NCBI RefSeq assembly: GCF_018350175.1
Contig: NC_058375.1
Location: forward strand, 160,022,001-160,086,000
Direction of reading: 5' to 3'
Source: Felis catus
Lineage: Eukaryota
DNA: 64,000 bases
The position numbers and the translations under genes were made by a program. Position 1 is the stretch's first letter; every line of letters starts with the position of its first letter. The notes below the pieces were generated by a model. The model did no database searches, was not told where the DNA came from, and saw nothing but the letters and a program-made list of their open reading frames with translations. Positions 63,630-64,000 of the stretch are shown piece after piece.

Positions 63630-63740
63630 TCTTAGGTTCTGCCTCGGAACTGTTGGATCAGAAACTCTGGGTGAGGGGCCCAGAACTATGTGCTCACAGG
63701 CCTTCCAGGTGGTTCAGAAGCATGCGGTTTGAGATCAATT
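63630..63740. mobile_element. MER5A-like DNA transposon fragment
   Basis: atcagaaactctgggtgaggggcccag…ccttccaggtggttc…gtttgaga. Confidence 0.7.
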
Positions 63741-64000
63741 AACCTAGGAGAAAAGCTTTTCTTCTGTAATCTGTTAATGTAGTCAGTTACATCAGTAGAT
63801 TTTTCTAATATTAAACTTAGGTGAATTTAAAACATTTTAAATTGTCTCAAGATTCTCTTTTGCTCTCTGAAATATTCGAATTCTTACCTTTCGTTGTTTT
63901 ACTTGTGTGCTAACTAACTAGGCTTCTCAGAAAGGTCATTTCACAGCTTCGTGACTTTTGTTTAGCAGGAGGAAATCTGATCCCTGGCTACCTTCTTGCT

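Overview
Mammalian genomic DNA, almost certainly from a felid: it is dense in carnivore CAN-SINEs, including young cat-type SINEC_Fc copies. The window holds the last six coding exons and 3' UTR of DCAF17 (+, 429-11695). A repeat-rich intergenic interval of about 25 kb follows, then the CpG-island promoter and coding exons 1-2 of CYBRD1 (duodenal cytochrome b; +, ATG 38827, exon 2 at 55524-55732). CYBRD1 intron 1 carries an antisense GPS2 processed pseudogene (about 47265-49103, with poly(A) tail and TSD). That retrocopy is split by a 492-bp solo ERV LTR with a perfect 4-bp TSD. Four N-gaps are present, two of them cutting DCAF17 exons. Most ORFs in the supplied track are spurious repeat or GC-rich ORFs. 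I found no wholly new gene system. The best leads are a strong-Kozak 3-codon uORF whose stop overlaps the CYBRD1 start codon (TGATG), the CpG-rich LTR-split GPS2 retrocopy with an open 140-aa coiled-coil ORF, a near-identical inverted SINE pair bracketing DCAF17 exons 11-12, and substitutions near the CYBRD1 substrate site. Exon numbers and comparisons with human proteins come from memory. Repeat boundaries and family names were assigned by eye.
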